The position numbers and the translations under genes were made by a program. The notes beneath the pieces are model-generated. The model was not told the origin of the DNA. It made no database searches and saw only the letters and a list, made by a program, of their open reading frames with translations. From Octopus sinensis (Eukaryota): 64,000 nucleotides of DNA. The stretch lies in assembly GCF_006345805.1 (NCBI RefSeq), contig NC_043004.1, positions 48,980,001-49,044,000 on the forward strand. The letters run 5' to 3'. The stretch's first letter is position 1; every line of letters starts with the position of its first letter. Below, one piece after another: positions 39,476-53,120 of this stretch.

Positions 39476-40929
39476 CATATATGTGTGTGGGTGTGTGCGT
39501 GAGAATATGTGTGAATCCATGTGTGTATGCGTGTGCCGATATACAGCATGTTTTTTGCTGCATGTGTCTGAATGTGTCTATGAGCACAGCAGCCTAGTCG
39601 AGTAATTCTTTTGTTAAACATTTTTTTTTCCTCGATTCACATTTAGCGGAGTCTTTCTTTCATTTTTATCACCATGATAACCTCGAGGTTAGGTGTCGGT
39701 CAGAGAGGAGGCCATGATGTTTTGCAAGTAAAATTTGTTTCATGTCGACATTAATTAATTCTTTGTGTAGTTTGCTGAGATGCTAAATTCTATTTCAGTG
39801 TATTTCCAAGCACGGGGTTTTATAAATCTTTGAACCATTTCATTCTCTTATCTGGATCATAATTGATGGTCATCTCTTGGTCATCTTTTCATTTCATATT
39901 ATTTCCTCTTTCGCAGTATGGGCTCGGGTGTGGGATTTGATGTCCTCGTACGGACACTGAGCTCTGGATCACTCTTAGTTATTGTCTTTTCCTTCTACCT
40001 ATTTAGCACTATTATTTCTTGACTGGCTTTAGGGTAATGTAAGTGCTACTGTATGACGACAACATGGAGATCCGGTAAAGCAGTAAAAGAAAATGTCAGC
40101 ATTCAGAAAACCTGGAGAGACGAATGGAAGGAGAACCCAGTGAAGTGTTTCCATCGTAAAACGGTTAGGGCGAGAAATGCAGCAGGCTGATTACTCTGCA
40201 TCGCTGCTGATATTGTGAATCCCCTATTGCAGGGGTTTCCATCCACCGGGTACGTAGATCAGTACCGGATCGTGGATCACGGGGAACCGGGCTGCACAGA
40301 TAAAACGAAGTTTAAAATTTTATTTCTATTTCATTCACTATCACAAATGCGATAGTGTAAAAGTACTGAGGTCGATTTGTTCAACTAAAAGCTCTTCAAG
40401 ACGGTGCTCCAGCATGACCGCAACCCAATGATTGAAACTGAAACAAGAAAAAATGCCAGATAAACCCTCAATTCATACCATTGAATCATTTGAGTAATTT
40501 TCCGTTAATCATTTCATAATATGAAGCTTTCGTAAGCCTAGTTGCAGACAGCGGTTGCTTTGAAGCTTCTCCATATGTCTATTTTCGTTTAGTTATCTTT
40601 AGAATATCGTATATTTTCCCAACACTATATCACTGTATATACCAGGCTATCGGATGTTATTATGCATCTCTGGTCACAATGCACTTGCAACACTTTCCTG
40701 ATTGTGCCCTTCTTTTCCATCTTGGCCCAAATTGTTTAAATAAATCGTCTTCCTCTTGTTCCTCTTGACGGCAATAAACTTAGTTCTGCGTGTTAATGGG
40801 TCACTCGTTGAGCTTTTGGGAAATTAGAGAAACCAGGTGCCAAACACCTGGACATTACAGTCTTGAGTCCCAAACCTCAAAGGGCTTGTTACCCAGTTTC
40901 TACAGCGTTTAAGTGATCGAAATCAGATC

Positions 40930-41350
40930 CTCACTCCCTGTACCTGACGCTGGTCCGTCGCAGAGTTTCTCATTTGCAGCCGAGTGGACTGGAGCGATGT
41001 GAAATGAAATGCTTCGCTCAAGAACACAACATACCTATTTCTTTATTACCCACAAGGGGCTAAACACAGAGAGGACAAACAAGGACAGACAAACGGATTA
41101 AGTCGATTATATCGACCCCAGTGCGCAACTGGTGCTTAATTTATCGACCCCGAAAGGATGAAAGGCAAAGTCGACCTCGGCGGAATTTGAACTCAGCGGC
41201 AGACGAAATACGGCTACGCATTTCGCCCGGCGTGCTAACGTTTCTGCCAGCTCGCCGCCTTTATTAAGAACACAACATACCGCCCGATCAGGGCATCGAA
41301 ACCACGATCTCACGATCATGAGAGCAAAGATTCTAACCACTAGGCGACAG
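40930..41350 (-). mobile_element. CORE-like tRNA SINE interrupted by SINE B (41036-41265)
   Basis: tRNA head, CORE-like gttgtgttcttgagc...ctccagtccactc; 16-bp TSD aagaacacaacatacc at 41020-41035 and 41266-41281. Confidence 0.8.
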
Positions 41351-41637
41351 ACTTTCACCAAGAGTTAAGTATACATCGTGGAAATGTCAAAATCCGGATG
41401 TAAGTGTAGTACTTGGAAATTATAGAAACCAAGCTTTAAGGTACTTTCATAATAAAATTATCGGAGACTCAATTTAATCTATTGGTAGTTTTAGTTGTTA
41501 ATTTTAGATTTACAAATTAAATTGTCAGCTTTTGTAATTTTTATTGGGTGGGGGGGGGAGGGGATCAAATGAACTTTTTGCTAGTCTTAAGGTAAATAAT
41601 GTTATCAGTTATAAATCGATGACATCAGCGATTAATA

Positions 41638-42203
41638 TTGGGTTGTCCGGAAAGTTCGTGCCGATTTTTAAAGGAAAGAAAAAGGTCAATAAATACTTGC
41701 CATTACATTTTTAATCAACCAAAAATGAGCCATTTTGTTGCACAATGCGTCTCCATCTTTCCTTTAACTTGAAAATACCCTCTTCCCAGAACTGAGGTGG
41801 TTTCATGGCAAAGAATTCATCAAGGTATCTTTTTACGTCATCCAAGGAATTGAAATTTTTACCATTAAGACTATTCTGCAGAGACCTGAATAAGTGGAAA
41901 TCCGAAGGAGTAATATCTGGTGAATATGGAGGGTGGGGTAACACATCCCAGCCGAGCTGTAGCAATTTTTGTCTGGTTCCCAAAGCATCAAGTGCCGAAA
42001 ATGAACTTTCTTATCTTCCATTTTAAAGGGTTACAGAATTAACACTGGTTATAGGAACATAAACCTTCTTCCACGAAAAGATAGCTTAAACTGTGCTCTA
42101 AATGGAGATGCAGTCAAATCCTATTTTATGGACTCAACCATATTCTAAAATAAGTCGAAAGGTAAACTACTATAAATCGGCACGAACTTTCCGGACAACC
42201 CAA
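41638..42203 (-). mobile_element. internally deleted mariner element
   Basis: 30-bp TIRs ttgggttgtccggaaagttcgtgccgattt, TA on both sides; N-terminus MEDKKVHFRHLMLW joined to C-terminus ...HPPYSPDITPSDFHLFRSLQN...NGSFLVD*. Confidence 0.95.
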
Positions 42204-43059
42204 TAGTACTTTCCCACTATACAGTTACTCTGATTTAGCCACTGTACATTTTGTCTCAAACTATCTCTCTCTAACGACCAGTATAGAAGTTACTAACCTA
42301 TACATGCAGTACACTCGCTTATTATTCAAAGAGAATGAAGGTTCTCAATTACGTCACAGCGCTGCTAAACATTACACACTCTGACCTCTGTGTTCTATTT
42401 TTCATTATTTATAATTTCAGAGTTGTCTTCCCTGGTTTATTTTACCAGAATTAGTTAATTAGTGAATGATTGTTCTCATTACTAAGAGTGTAAATCTAAT
42501 TAGAATATTTTAACTTCCTAAATTATGTATAAATTTTAATAATAAGTGTAATAAAAATTTTAATTAATTTAACTAGACTGCAACATCTTGTAATAGCAGA
42601 CGATAAACGGTGGATGGGAAGGTTTGAGAGTATCTTCCTAACCGATCATGGAAACTTCCGTAATGGATCATAGACACTGCTTTTTTATTGTCTCCGATTA
42701 AAACATACACGCGTACAACGTTGGCGCAGAAGCACACGTACACACACACACACACACACACAAACACACAGAACCAAACTCATTCACACCCTCAGCCACT
42801 CATTCACATACTCACTCACTCGCACACACACACCACACATACACTCTCTCACACACACAAACTCATTCATTCACTCACCTTCTCACTCACTTATTCATTC
42901 ATTCTCTCGCTCGCTCACTTACCCACTCACTCGCTCGCTCACACACACACAGGATCACACACACACACTCACACAAACATACACTGACCTACACTCACAC
43001 AAACACACAGACCCACACAAACACACAGACCCACACTCACACACATATACGCATACATA

Positions 43060-43385
43060 CATGCATATATACATACGTACATACGTACGTACATATGTAC
43101 CTACCTACCTACCTATCTACCTACCTATCTACCTACCTACCGTCCTACCTACCTGCATGCATACATACATACAAACATACATACATACATAAATACATAC
43201 ATACATACAATACATACATACATACATACATAGATACATGCATACATACATACATACATACATACGTACGTATGTACGTACATACATACATACATACGTA
43301 CGTACGTAGTACTTACATATATACATACATATATACATACATACATACATACATACATACATACATACATACATACATACATACA
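43060..43385. repeat. (CTAC)/(CATA)n microsatellite
   Basis: Direct reading. Confidence 0.95.
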
Positions 43386-43399
43386 TAACCTCTAGTGGG

Positions 43400-44000
43400 A
43401 GCTGACTAGCTAATCGTCTTAAGAGAATTAACCCTTCTCCTGCAAGTATTTCGGCCCTTAACTCCTAGTTATCCACTCCACTCAGTAGACATTGCTTCCT
43501 CGATCCAATTGGTGCAGTTGTTCCAGGCCACAGTTCTTTGTCTCATACCTTGGTGAAGTTTCTGGTTGTGACACATTGTCTCCCATGTGTAAGATCTCTT
43601 TAAGCACTTGATTGTGACTCCATGTGCATCTCCCTTGGGCTAGCGTCACTTTGTATGCGCTCGGAACATATTCCCTCCTCTTTTTTTACCTTGGGAGAGT
43701 TGGTATGCAGATTTATCTAATTTACTCCATCTCACCAGGTTTGTATACGAGAGAGGTCACATACAGATCTAAGGAAGAAGCTAACTCTAAGAAGGGCCAT
43801 GTGCCCTATGTCGGAGGAAACTGTAAGGAAAAGGAACTATGATATTGAGCAGAGCAGCTTCTAACCAACAGATTGAGACAGGAAAAAACAGCGAAGAACT
43901 GCAAATACTTGGCTGAACCACCAGAAAGTCTTTGATAGTATGTCACGCGAGTGGACTGTCGAAGTATTACGAAGTATTAGTCTAAATTCCATAATCTCTG
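43400..44000. mobile_element. two decayed RLE non-LTR fragments in opposite orientation
   Basis: Minus ~43560-43680: KVTLAQGRCTWSHNQVLKEI; plus ~43800-43980: EQLLTNR...WLNHQKVFDSMSREWTVEVL (RT 'W.DY.KAFDSV.H.W' relic). Confidence 0.55.
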
Positions 44001-44486
44001 GTAGCTGCTATTCAGCACATAAGCAAGAACTTGGTACACCATTTAGTTTCTCTGAGGGGCTAACAAACAATTTAAAATGGCACCACACATTACTAACAAA
44101 GCATCCTGTTGGATGATAACTTGTCATTACTGCTCTTCGTCCTCTCCTTAAACCAGCACACAAAACAGCGTTTATGGAAATAGATATCCTGAATACAGAA
44201 ATATCTCTCATCTCTTCTGTTGTAAATGACGTGTAATTGAATCTCATTCCCCAATATTCCAGACACTGGAATACATTTTGGTGAGTCTAGATTCTAGATA
44301 TGCATTTTTTTGGCAATCAGACGAGGAAAATTTATATCCTGTCTTCTCCCGCCAAACTAAACACAAGCAGTTTACTATTACAGTCTTTATGTTTGGCTGA
44401 GAAAAACAAGTATCTGGGACAGGATGAAAATCGCATGTATGGTATACTTATTAATAAAGAGAGGGCAATAAATGAATATCTCAACA

Positions 44487-44885
44487 TAGGCGCAGGAGTG
44501 GCAGTATGGTAAGTAGCTTGTTTACCAACCACATGGTTCCGGGTTCAGTCCCACTGCGTGGCACCTTGGGAAAGTGTCTTCTACTATAGCCTCGTACCAA
44601 CCAAAGCCTTGTGAGTGGATTTGATAGACGGAAACTGAAAGAAGCCCGTCGTATATATGTATGTATATGTGTGTGTATATGTTTGTGTGTCTGTGTTTGT
44701 CCCCCCAAACATCGCTTGACAACCGGTGCTGGTGTGTTTATGTCCCCGTCACTTAGCGGTTCGGCAAAAGAGACCGACAGAATAAGTACTAGGCTTACAA
44801 AGAATAAGTTCTGGGGTCGATTTGCTCGACTAAAGTCGGTGCTCCAGCATGGCCGCAGTCAAATGACTGAAACAAGTAAAGAAAA
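44487..44885 (+). mobile_element. SINE family A, full length
   Basis: Homology. Confidence 0.92.
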
Positions 44886-45357
44886 AAAAAAGAATAAAAG
44901 AACAAAAGAATAAAGTATGATCATTACAACATGTATATCACTGACAATGTAGGTGTTAGCATAGGTACTTTGCAGTACTAGTGGTGACACCTACATTTAA
45001 CCTTCTGTATTTGTGAGCTTGGATGTTAGAGCTCGGAGGTTGTTCAGTGTTACAGGAGACTCAACATCATTTAAGACGCACGTAACGTAGACGTGACTAT
45101 AGGTGTGTATTAACATCATAAAAGACACTCAAATTTGTGAGTTGGTAAGTAATTAAAAACCATTAGGATTGTTAAATAATTTTGAAAAAAAAAACATGAA
45201 ATAAAGTTGACGCATATCTCTTAGAAAATCTCACTTAACAGAATATCAAAATATTAAAAATGACCAGTCGACTGAGTAAGTTGTGCATGGGAAAGTGAAA
45301 CAAAAGTCGCAATTCACTGAAGGAATAAGTGGTAGTAAAAAGTTGATATGGAATATC

Positions 45358-45590
45358 TATTTCTTTACTACCCACAAGAGGCTAAACACACAGGGGACAA
45401 ACAAGGACAGACAAACGGATTAAGTCGATTACATCGACCCCAGTGCGTAACTGGTACTTAAGTTATCGACCCCGAAAGGATGAAAGGCGAAGTCGACCAC
45501 GGCGGAATTTGAACTCAGAACGTAGCGGCAGACGAAATACGGCTATGCATTTCGCCCGGCGTGCTAACGTTTCTGCCAGCTTGCCGCCTT
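45358..45590 (-). mobile_element. SINE family B, full length
   Basis: Nearly identical to 41036-41262. Confidence 0.92.
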
Positions 45591-47011
45591 GTTGATAAGG
45601 AATATCGATGAATCTATATCGCATAGAGTACATGAGTAGGAAATCCCTACCAAGTAGCTTCAATACAGTGGAAGGAACTCATCAGCTGACAACACATGTA
45701 GTCTGTAAAACCAAATTTGGGGACATGAGCCTCATCATTGCTGCCAACTGTAAAAGAATGTCCACTAGACACAACTTTCCTATGAAGTGTGATGTGGTAG
45801 ACAAGGACAATCAATAACAGAGTGAAAGAAAGAAATAACAACCAATGGAAATAAACATGTTAATACCGATGGATCGAAAGAACATTAGTGGAATCTAAGA
45901 ACAAAGACTGTAACCAAATTAAAACACAACCAGCTTGATGTTGATGCTGTTTGGAACCACAAATTAGAACGTGCACTATTATGGAAAATCAGTTACCAAA
46001 GTGATATGAGAAATATAGGAATCTGCAAATCCAATATAGAAAATGCATCATTAGCCGCTGATGCAAAATTATGAGAGCGACAGAATAAGTATGATTCAGC
46101 CAGTATATATAAATATCTGAACTTGGATTCTTGGAGAAAGTAAGCAGATAATCGCTATATTTGGAACAGTAAAAATCTGCAAGTTCTTCTCAAGATTTAA
46201 GGATAGAATGGTTGTTAAAGAATGACAAAAAAAAAAAAAAAACCCAGATAAGTGCTTCTTAAAAAGAGAAAAATCTTTTCGTTGCGGTCTAGCCACCAAC
46301 CATTAAACAAATTAACTTATCCAGTTATTAAAAGAAATATACACAATATGCGCATAATGTATACATAATACATACATACACACATACATACATACATGCC
46401 TACATACATACATTCATTCATACAGACAGACAAGATGTTTTCTGTTGCTTGGGAAAGATGTCTTTAGAAAAAGAGCAGCGTAGAGCTGGGGAACAATAAC
46501 TCCTCCCCCTCCTCCTCCACCACCACCACCACCACCCTCCTCCTCCTCCTCAAAATAATTGAAATGAATGGTCATGTACCAACAAAAACGTCGCCAGTGG
46601 AGTTATAGTAAAAGTTTGTCCTCTCTTTGACTGTTACACCACTATCACAACTGCTTCTGCTCTCCTTCCGTTAAACTCACTACTACGTATATTTGTCCCC
46701 TCTGGATTGCATTCCCACTTTATATTCAACAGTTCAAACTCAATATTGACTTACTGACTTTACAGAATCCCTCACTCATTATTCCTTGGACTGAGAGAGC
46801 CTGGAGAAGTTATAAGGGCTTGTCCATTCTTTATATGTAAAATGGGAAAAAAAATTATATTCATTGATGTTAGAAGATGAAATAGTGATAGATAGATGTG
46901 AATGAAAGAGATTGAAAATATATACTGAGGTTGAGCAAGAGGGAGAGAGACAGAGAGAGACAGAGATAAAGAGCGAGAGAGAAGAGGAAGGGAGACGCGT
47001 GTGAGGTAGAG

Positions 47012-47029
<18 letters not shown>

Positions 47030-47052
<23 letters not shown>

Positions 47053-47316
47053 TTACAGACCAAGAATGAGTAGATGGATTATAGACAATGCGGGATATAC
47101 ACACATGTGTAGTCACATGTGTATATATATGATATATATATATATATATATATTCACACACATACCTATCTATATTTGTGTATATATATCTATATTTATC
47201 TATCTATCTATCTCTCTGTTCATCTGTCTATCTATCCATCCATCTATACACACACACATACATACATACATACATAATACATACATAATACATACATACA
47301 TACATACATACATACA

Positions 47317-47349
<33 letters not shown>

Positions 47350-47784
47350 GGAGGGAAAGAGAAGGAAAGAGAAACCAAAGGGCAAGAGAGGGAGAGAGAG
47401 AAAGAAAGAGAGAGTGAGAGAAAGAAAGAGAGAGAGGGAGGGAGAGAGAAAAATAGATAGAAAGAAGGATGGATAGAACGAGAGAAAACTCTCATGAAAG
47501 TGAATGAGACAGAAAGACAGAGACAGAGAGAGAAACAGAATTGAAGGTAGTTAGGTTGTCGCTTAAAGTACATCAGGTTGTTACACATACAACCCGCACA
47601 CACGCACACACGCACATCGAGTTACACTCACAGGCACATTAACACACACACGCGTACGTGTGCTTGTATGAATAAAATACCAAAGCCCTATAGAAATATA
47701 ACTATTTCTTGTATATAAAGCGGAAAGTAATAACGTTTTCAGCATGTATATATGTGTGTATATATATGTATGTATGTGTGTCTG

Positions 47785-47816
<32 letters not shown>

Positions 47817-48049
47817 TGTATGTATGTATGTATGTATGTGTGGTATGTATGTATGTATGTATGTATGTACGAATGTATGTATGTATGTATGTATGTATGT
47901 ATGTATGTGTTTATACATGTATGTATACATGTATATCTGTATGCTTTATGTATACACACGCTCTCACATGTTTTATATTTTTATATAAATAATATACAAA
48001 TGTATATGTTATTTGTAAATATGTGCACGCTTATGCAACATATACATAT

Positions 48050-48095
<46 letters not shown>

Positions 48096-49573
48096 CTATA
48101 TATATTTGCATACATATACATACACGTATATAGCTTTAAAAATAAGCATATATATATAAGTATATTAATGTATACATATATATGTTTAAATATATATATA
48201 TTTATATATATATATATATTATATATAGATATTATATATATGTGGTGGTGTATATATATATATACTTATATATATGTATATGATGTATGTATGTCTTGTA
48301 TTACACACACCATATATAAACACGCACACAAATATGTATATACACACACAAGTGTATACATAATGCATGTGTGTGGGTGAGAGAGGGAGAGAGAGGGAGT
48401 GAGTGTGTGTGTGCGTGTGTGTGTGTGTGTGTGTAAGTGTATGCCAGGGTGTATGTGTGTTCATTGTGAGTGTATATGTGTTCATTGACAATCACCCACT
48501 CCACCCCACGATTTCAGGGCAGCAGATTGCAAGGTAAAAAAAGTATCGAGGTAAACGTGGCAATGCTAGGTGAAATAGATACTTTGTGTCCATTTGATGT
48601 TTCCATACACTGAATTCTTAGCCGGAACTAACGTATTTACCGAGAGAACGATGAAGGTAAGAGGGGGAACGGATAAGTGTAGGAGGGGAGGGGAGGTGTG
48701 TGGGGTGCGGTTTTGCGGTGACGGTGAGGGTTCTGTCAGCTTAGGAGTTAACTCAGCGAAGTCGCTCGCTGGTGAGTGGTCGGACAGGGTTTTTTGTTGT
48801 TTTTGAGTAGTTGACTCTACTACTATGCTTGCCTGCTGCCCGCTGCTGCTGCTGCTGTTATTGTGGTTGTTCGTGTTGTTTGTTAAGTAGGTTGAGTAAG
48901 AACCTCACAGTTATGCCTGGTATGCGTATACACGTATGCAGACATGTACGATCATGCATACCATCCAGCCCGCAGACACACACACACACACACACAACAC
49001 ACACACACATACACACATACACACGCACTCCACCACACACCTACACACACATACACACGTATTCACCACACCACACCGCACTCGCAGGCCACACATTCAT
49101 CATTACACACACCACACAACCGACAAAAAAGATCCGACGCACACCACATACACCAACAGTCACAACTACACACATCACACACAACACACGCAAACAGGCA
49201 CCACACGTATTCACACACACGCACTCGCAGGCACACACATTCATTCTATTCATACCACACAACACACACAACCGCAAGACCTGTGTACACACTCGCGTAC
49301 ACGTACAAACATTTTTTCACACAGACACACATATCTATTTAGGTGATAAATTATACATACGCACAGACCTGTGTATATCTCAGTCCCCTACCCCCCCCCC
49401 AGTTTCTCTCCACCTTTCACACACACACATGTATATGTATATGTACACATACGCGCGCACATACACACATACATATATAGAAAAGACATGCGTATATATA
49501 TATATATATATATATTCCCGGAGTACAACACAAATTATAAAGAGTACTCAAATACCAAGGTAGGAGTAATATG

Positions 49574-49611
<38 letters not shown>

Positions 49612-50059
49612 TATATGATGTCCATAGAAATATGTACATGATATATATGTGTGTGTATATATATATATAAATAAATATATATAATGTGCGTGTAAATATT
49701 ATGTGTGTATATATTAATATATGTAGATATAATATATATAATATTATATGGTGTGTGTGTGTGTTATGATATAAAATAATATATAAATTAGCAATATATA
49801 CATACATATAATGTACATCCCTACATATATATATATAAATACTATATTATATATTAATATATATATATGTGTGTGTGTTGTGTGTGTCTGATACATGCAT
49901 ATATGGATACAGGACATAAAAAAGCGTAGACAAAATGAGAAACGAAACAGACTTACGAAGACAGAGAGAAAGAAAGAGACAGAGTGCGATATGAAGAGAG
50001 AGAGAGAGTTATATAAGTGTATAAATGTAGAGTAAGCTGCTCGCGTAGCAGGTCTGCGA

Positions 50060-50099
<40 letters not shown>

Positions 50100-50260
50100 T
50101 ACACGCACGCACACACGTAGGCACAGGCACGCACACACACACACACACACACATACGTACACATGCACAGACACGCACACGTACGCGCGTGCACCCATAT
50201 AGACACACGTACGCACAAACACGTCATATACACATGCATGCACGCATGCATACACAAAAC
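47030..50260. repeat. compound microsatellite field
   Basis: Alternating (GA), (CATA), (TA), (CA), (TG) tracts with short unique spacers. Confidence 0.9.
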
Positions 50261-50743
50261 TGCGTAAAGGGAAATAACTCAAATGGGCTAATGGCATAAA
50301 CCATGATTCAGGTACGTAAAGTGAACAGAATGACGCACGCAAAAAAAAAGAGAAAAAAACAGACACGCACAGAAAAAACAAAAAAAAAAAACAAGTGAAA
50401 TACAAAAGAATCAACATTTTTCTCTTATATGTTTTCTCTAGGCTTGAAAATTAAATTTTCAGTAAAAGTATTTATAAATTTTTAAAATTATCTCCCCATT
50501 TCTATGGAGGCTGTGACACACTGCCTACAAGTGCTCCCCCTTTTTCTGTCTCCATACTCAAGAAACAAACTCCAATGATTTAGAATAATTTGCAAACGGA
50601 TTTCAGTACTTCAGCATCTACCTTTCTCTAGTTCTCTCCTCCACCCATCTCTTCTCTGTCTCTCTGCCTCGTCTCTGTCTCTCTTCTCTCGGTCTCTCTC
50701 TCTCTCTATTCTCTCTCTCTTCTCTCTCTCTCTCTCTCTAGAT

Positions 50744-50782
<39 letters not shown>

Positions 50783-51054
50783 TAATATAGGGAGAGTTTA
50801 CGAAAAAAACAGAAGACGAAGACAGGTGGTGTACAAAACAAACAGATGTATTAGTATAAACGCTCAGGAATAAGAAAGTCTTTACTTTTCGAGCCTACGC
50901 TCTTCTACAGAAAGGGACACAGAAAAAAACAAGGAGAGACACAAGGAGGAGACACAATGTGTGTAGTGGCTACGATCTATAATGGCGACTGACTCGGACA
51001 GAAGGGTCACACAAGAGAAGGAAAAAAAAAGGAGGGGAGATAACAAAGTAAAGA

Positions 51055-51094
<40 letters not shown>

Positions 51095-51176
51095 TATATC
51101 ATCGTTTACTTTGTCATCTCCCCTACTTTACTCTCATATTATATATATATATCTATATATATATATTATATTATAA

Positions 51177-51209
<33 letters not shown>

Positions 51210-51280
51210 TGTATGATGTATGTAAATAAAATGAGGCCACAAAGACAGTGTGAAATTTCTTAGAACATTATAAAGAGAGA

Positions 51281-51325
51281 GACACAGCTCTGTTTTCAGG
51301 GATATGAGGGATATCCCTTCATCAG
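51281..51325 (-). ncRNA. hammerhead-like motif, canonical core, decayed
   Basis: CUGAUGA-AGGGAUAU(CCCUC)AUAUCCCU-GAAA-A-CAGAGCUGU-GUC; 8-bp stem II, one extra A, stem I not evident. Confidence 0.45.
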
Positions 51326-51421
51326 AGACGATGATATATATATATATATACCGGAAGTAAACACATATAAATGTGAAACAAGGTGGAAAAAGAGTACTCA
51401 ATACAGAGGTAGAGTAATATG

Positions 51422-51568
51422 CTTTATTTAAAAGCAGCAGAAAATTTAACAAAAGCGGTTACTCGAGTTCACGTCCCGTTCGTCGGACAGTTTCGTTCTG
51501 TCCGACGAACGGGAACGCGAAACTCGAGTATAACAGCTTTTGTTAAATTTCTGCTATTTTAAATAAAG
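51422..51568. ncRNA. ~70-bp-arm palindrome with a family-3 U4C hammerhead-like motif in each arm
   Basis: Right arm CUGU-CCGACGA-ACG(GGAA)CGC-GAAA-CUCGAG-UA-(ua)ACAG; left arm is its reverse complement with small deletions. Confidence 0.55.
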
Positions 51569-51594
51569 TATATATATATATATTATATGAGTAC

Positions 51595-51627
<33 letters not shown>

Positions 51628-52162
51628 TAGATATATATATATATAATACTATAATATTATAATATATATATAATATATATATATTATATATAGTATGTAT
51701 ATGTAGTGTGGCACTGTGGTTGGCAAGTATATGTTATGTATGATATTATTTCAGTCATTTCTGCGGAGAAAGACATGCGAACCAGGACTTATTTCTTTGT
51801 AAGCTTAGTACTTATTCTATCTTCCCTTTTGCCGACGAAACGCTAGATTACGAGGGCCGTTATTTCCCACCAACATCGGTTGTGTACGCGATGGTTGGGG
51901 ACGAAATTATAGACACAAGACACACACACAACACACACACATATATATATACGACGGGCTTCTTCAGTTTCCGTCTACCAAGTCCACTCCAAAAATAATG
52001 CTCCCATTTCTTTGGGTCGGTTCCTTGGTTATAGTAAAAAACACTTGTCCAAGGTGTCATGCGGTGGGATTGAACCCGGAACCATGTGGTTGGGAAGCAA
52101 GCTTCTTACCACACAACCATATGTATACATACATACATACATACAATTATGTATGTGCGTGT

Positions 52163-52545
52163 GGAGGCGCAATGGCCCAGTGGTTAGAGCAGCGGACTCG
52201 CGGTCGTAGGATCGTGGTTTCGATTCCCAGAAGGGCATTGTGAGTGTTTATTGAACGAAAACCAACTAAAGCTTCACGAGGCTCCTGCAGGGGGGTGGTG
52301 GTGAACCCTGCTTGTACTTTCACCACAACTTTCTCTCACTCTTTCTTCATTTGTGGTGTACCATGTATTTCAAAGGGCCCAGCCTTTCAACACTCTGTGT
52401 CACACCTGAATCTCCTCGGAACTACGTTAAGGGTAAAAGTGGCTTTGGAGTGCTCAGCCATTGCACGTTACATTCCCGAGCAAGCGGCATCCGTTGATCG
52501 TATCAGATGGGACCCTCATCGTGACGTAACCGACGGAGTGGCTCC
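52163..52545 (+). mobile_element. SINE family C, tail type 2
   Basis: Homology to 29077-29455. Confidence 0.88.
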
Positions 52546-52679
52546 TTATATGTATGTGCGGTGTTGTGTGTGTGTTGGTGTTTGAGTCTCTGTTGTACCG
52601 TTATGTATGCGACTATATCTTTCGTTGACATATATCAACGAAGGATATAAATAGTTAGTAGTCTCTTATCTCTTCCTTG

Positions 52680-52870
52680 CTTCAATCAGTAAACCGCAAT
52701 CATGCTGGAGCACCGCCCAGAAGAATTTTAGTCAAACGAAACGGTGTTATTTGTTTAATTTTTTAAAGCCTGGTACTTATTCTATCCGTTTTTCTCGCCG
52801 AACCGTTAAGTTTCTGGGACCTAAACAAACCAAGAACGGCTGTTAAGCGATGACGTGGACAAACACAGAC

Positions 52871-52959
<89 letters not shown>

Positions 52960-53120
52960 TGGGCTTATTTTAGTTTCCGCCCACCAAAGCCACTTACAAG
53001 GTTTTGGTTAGCCCGAGGCAACAGCAAAAGACATACGCAAGGTGCCATGTAGTGGGACTGAACTCGGAATCATGTGTTTATGAAGCAAGTGTGTTACCAC
53101 GCAGTCACGCCTGCGCCTAT
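52680..53120 (-). mobile_element. SINE family A, diverged
   Basis: Homology; another degenerate copy at ~51745-52120. Confidence 0.8.
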
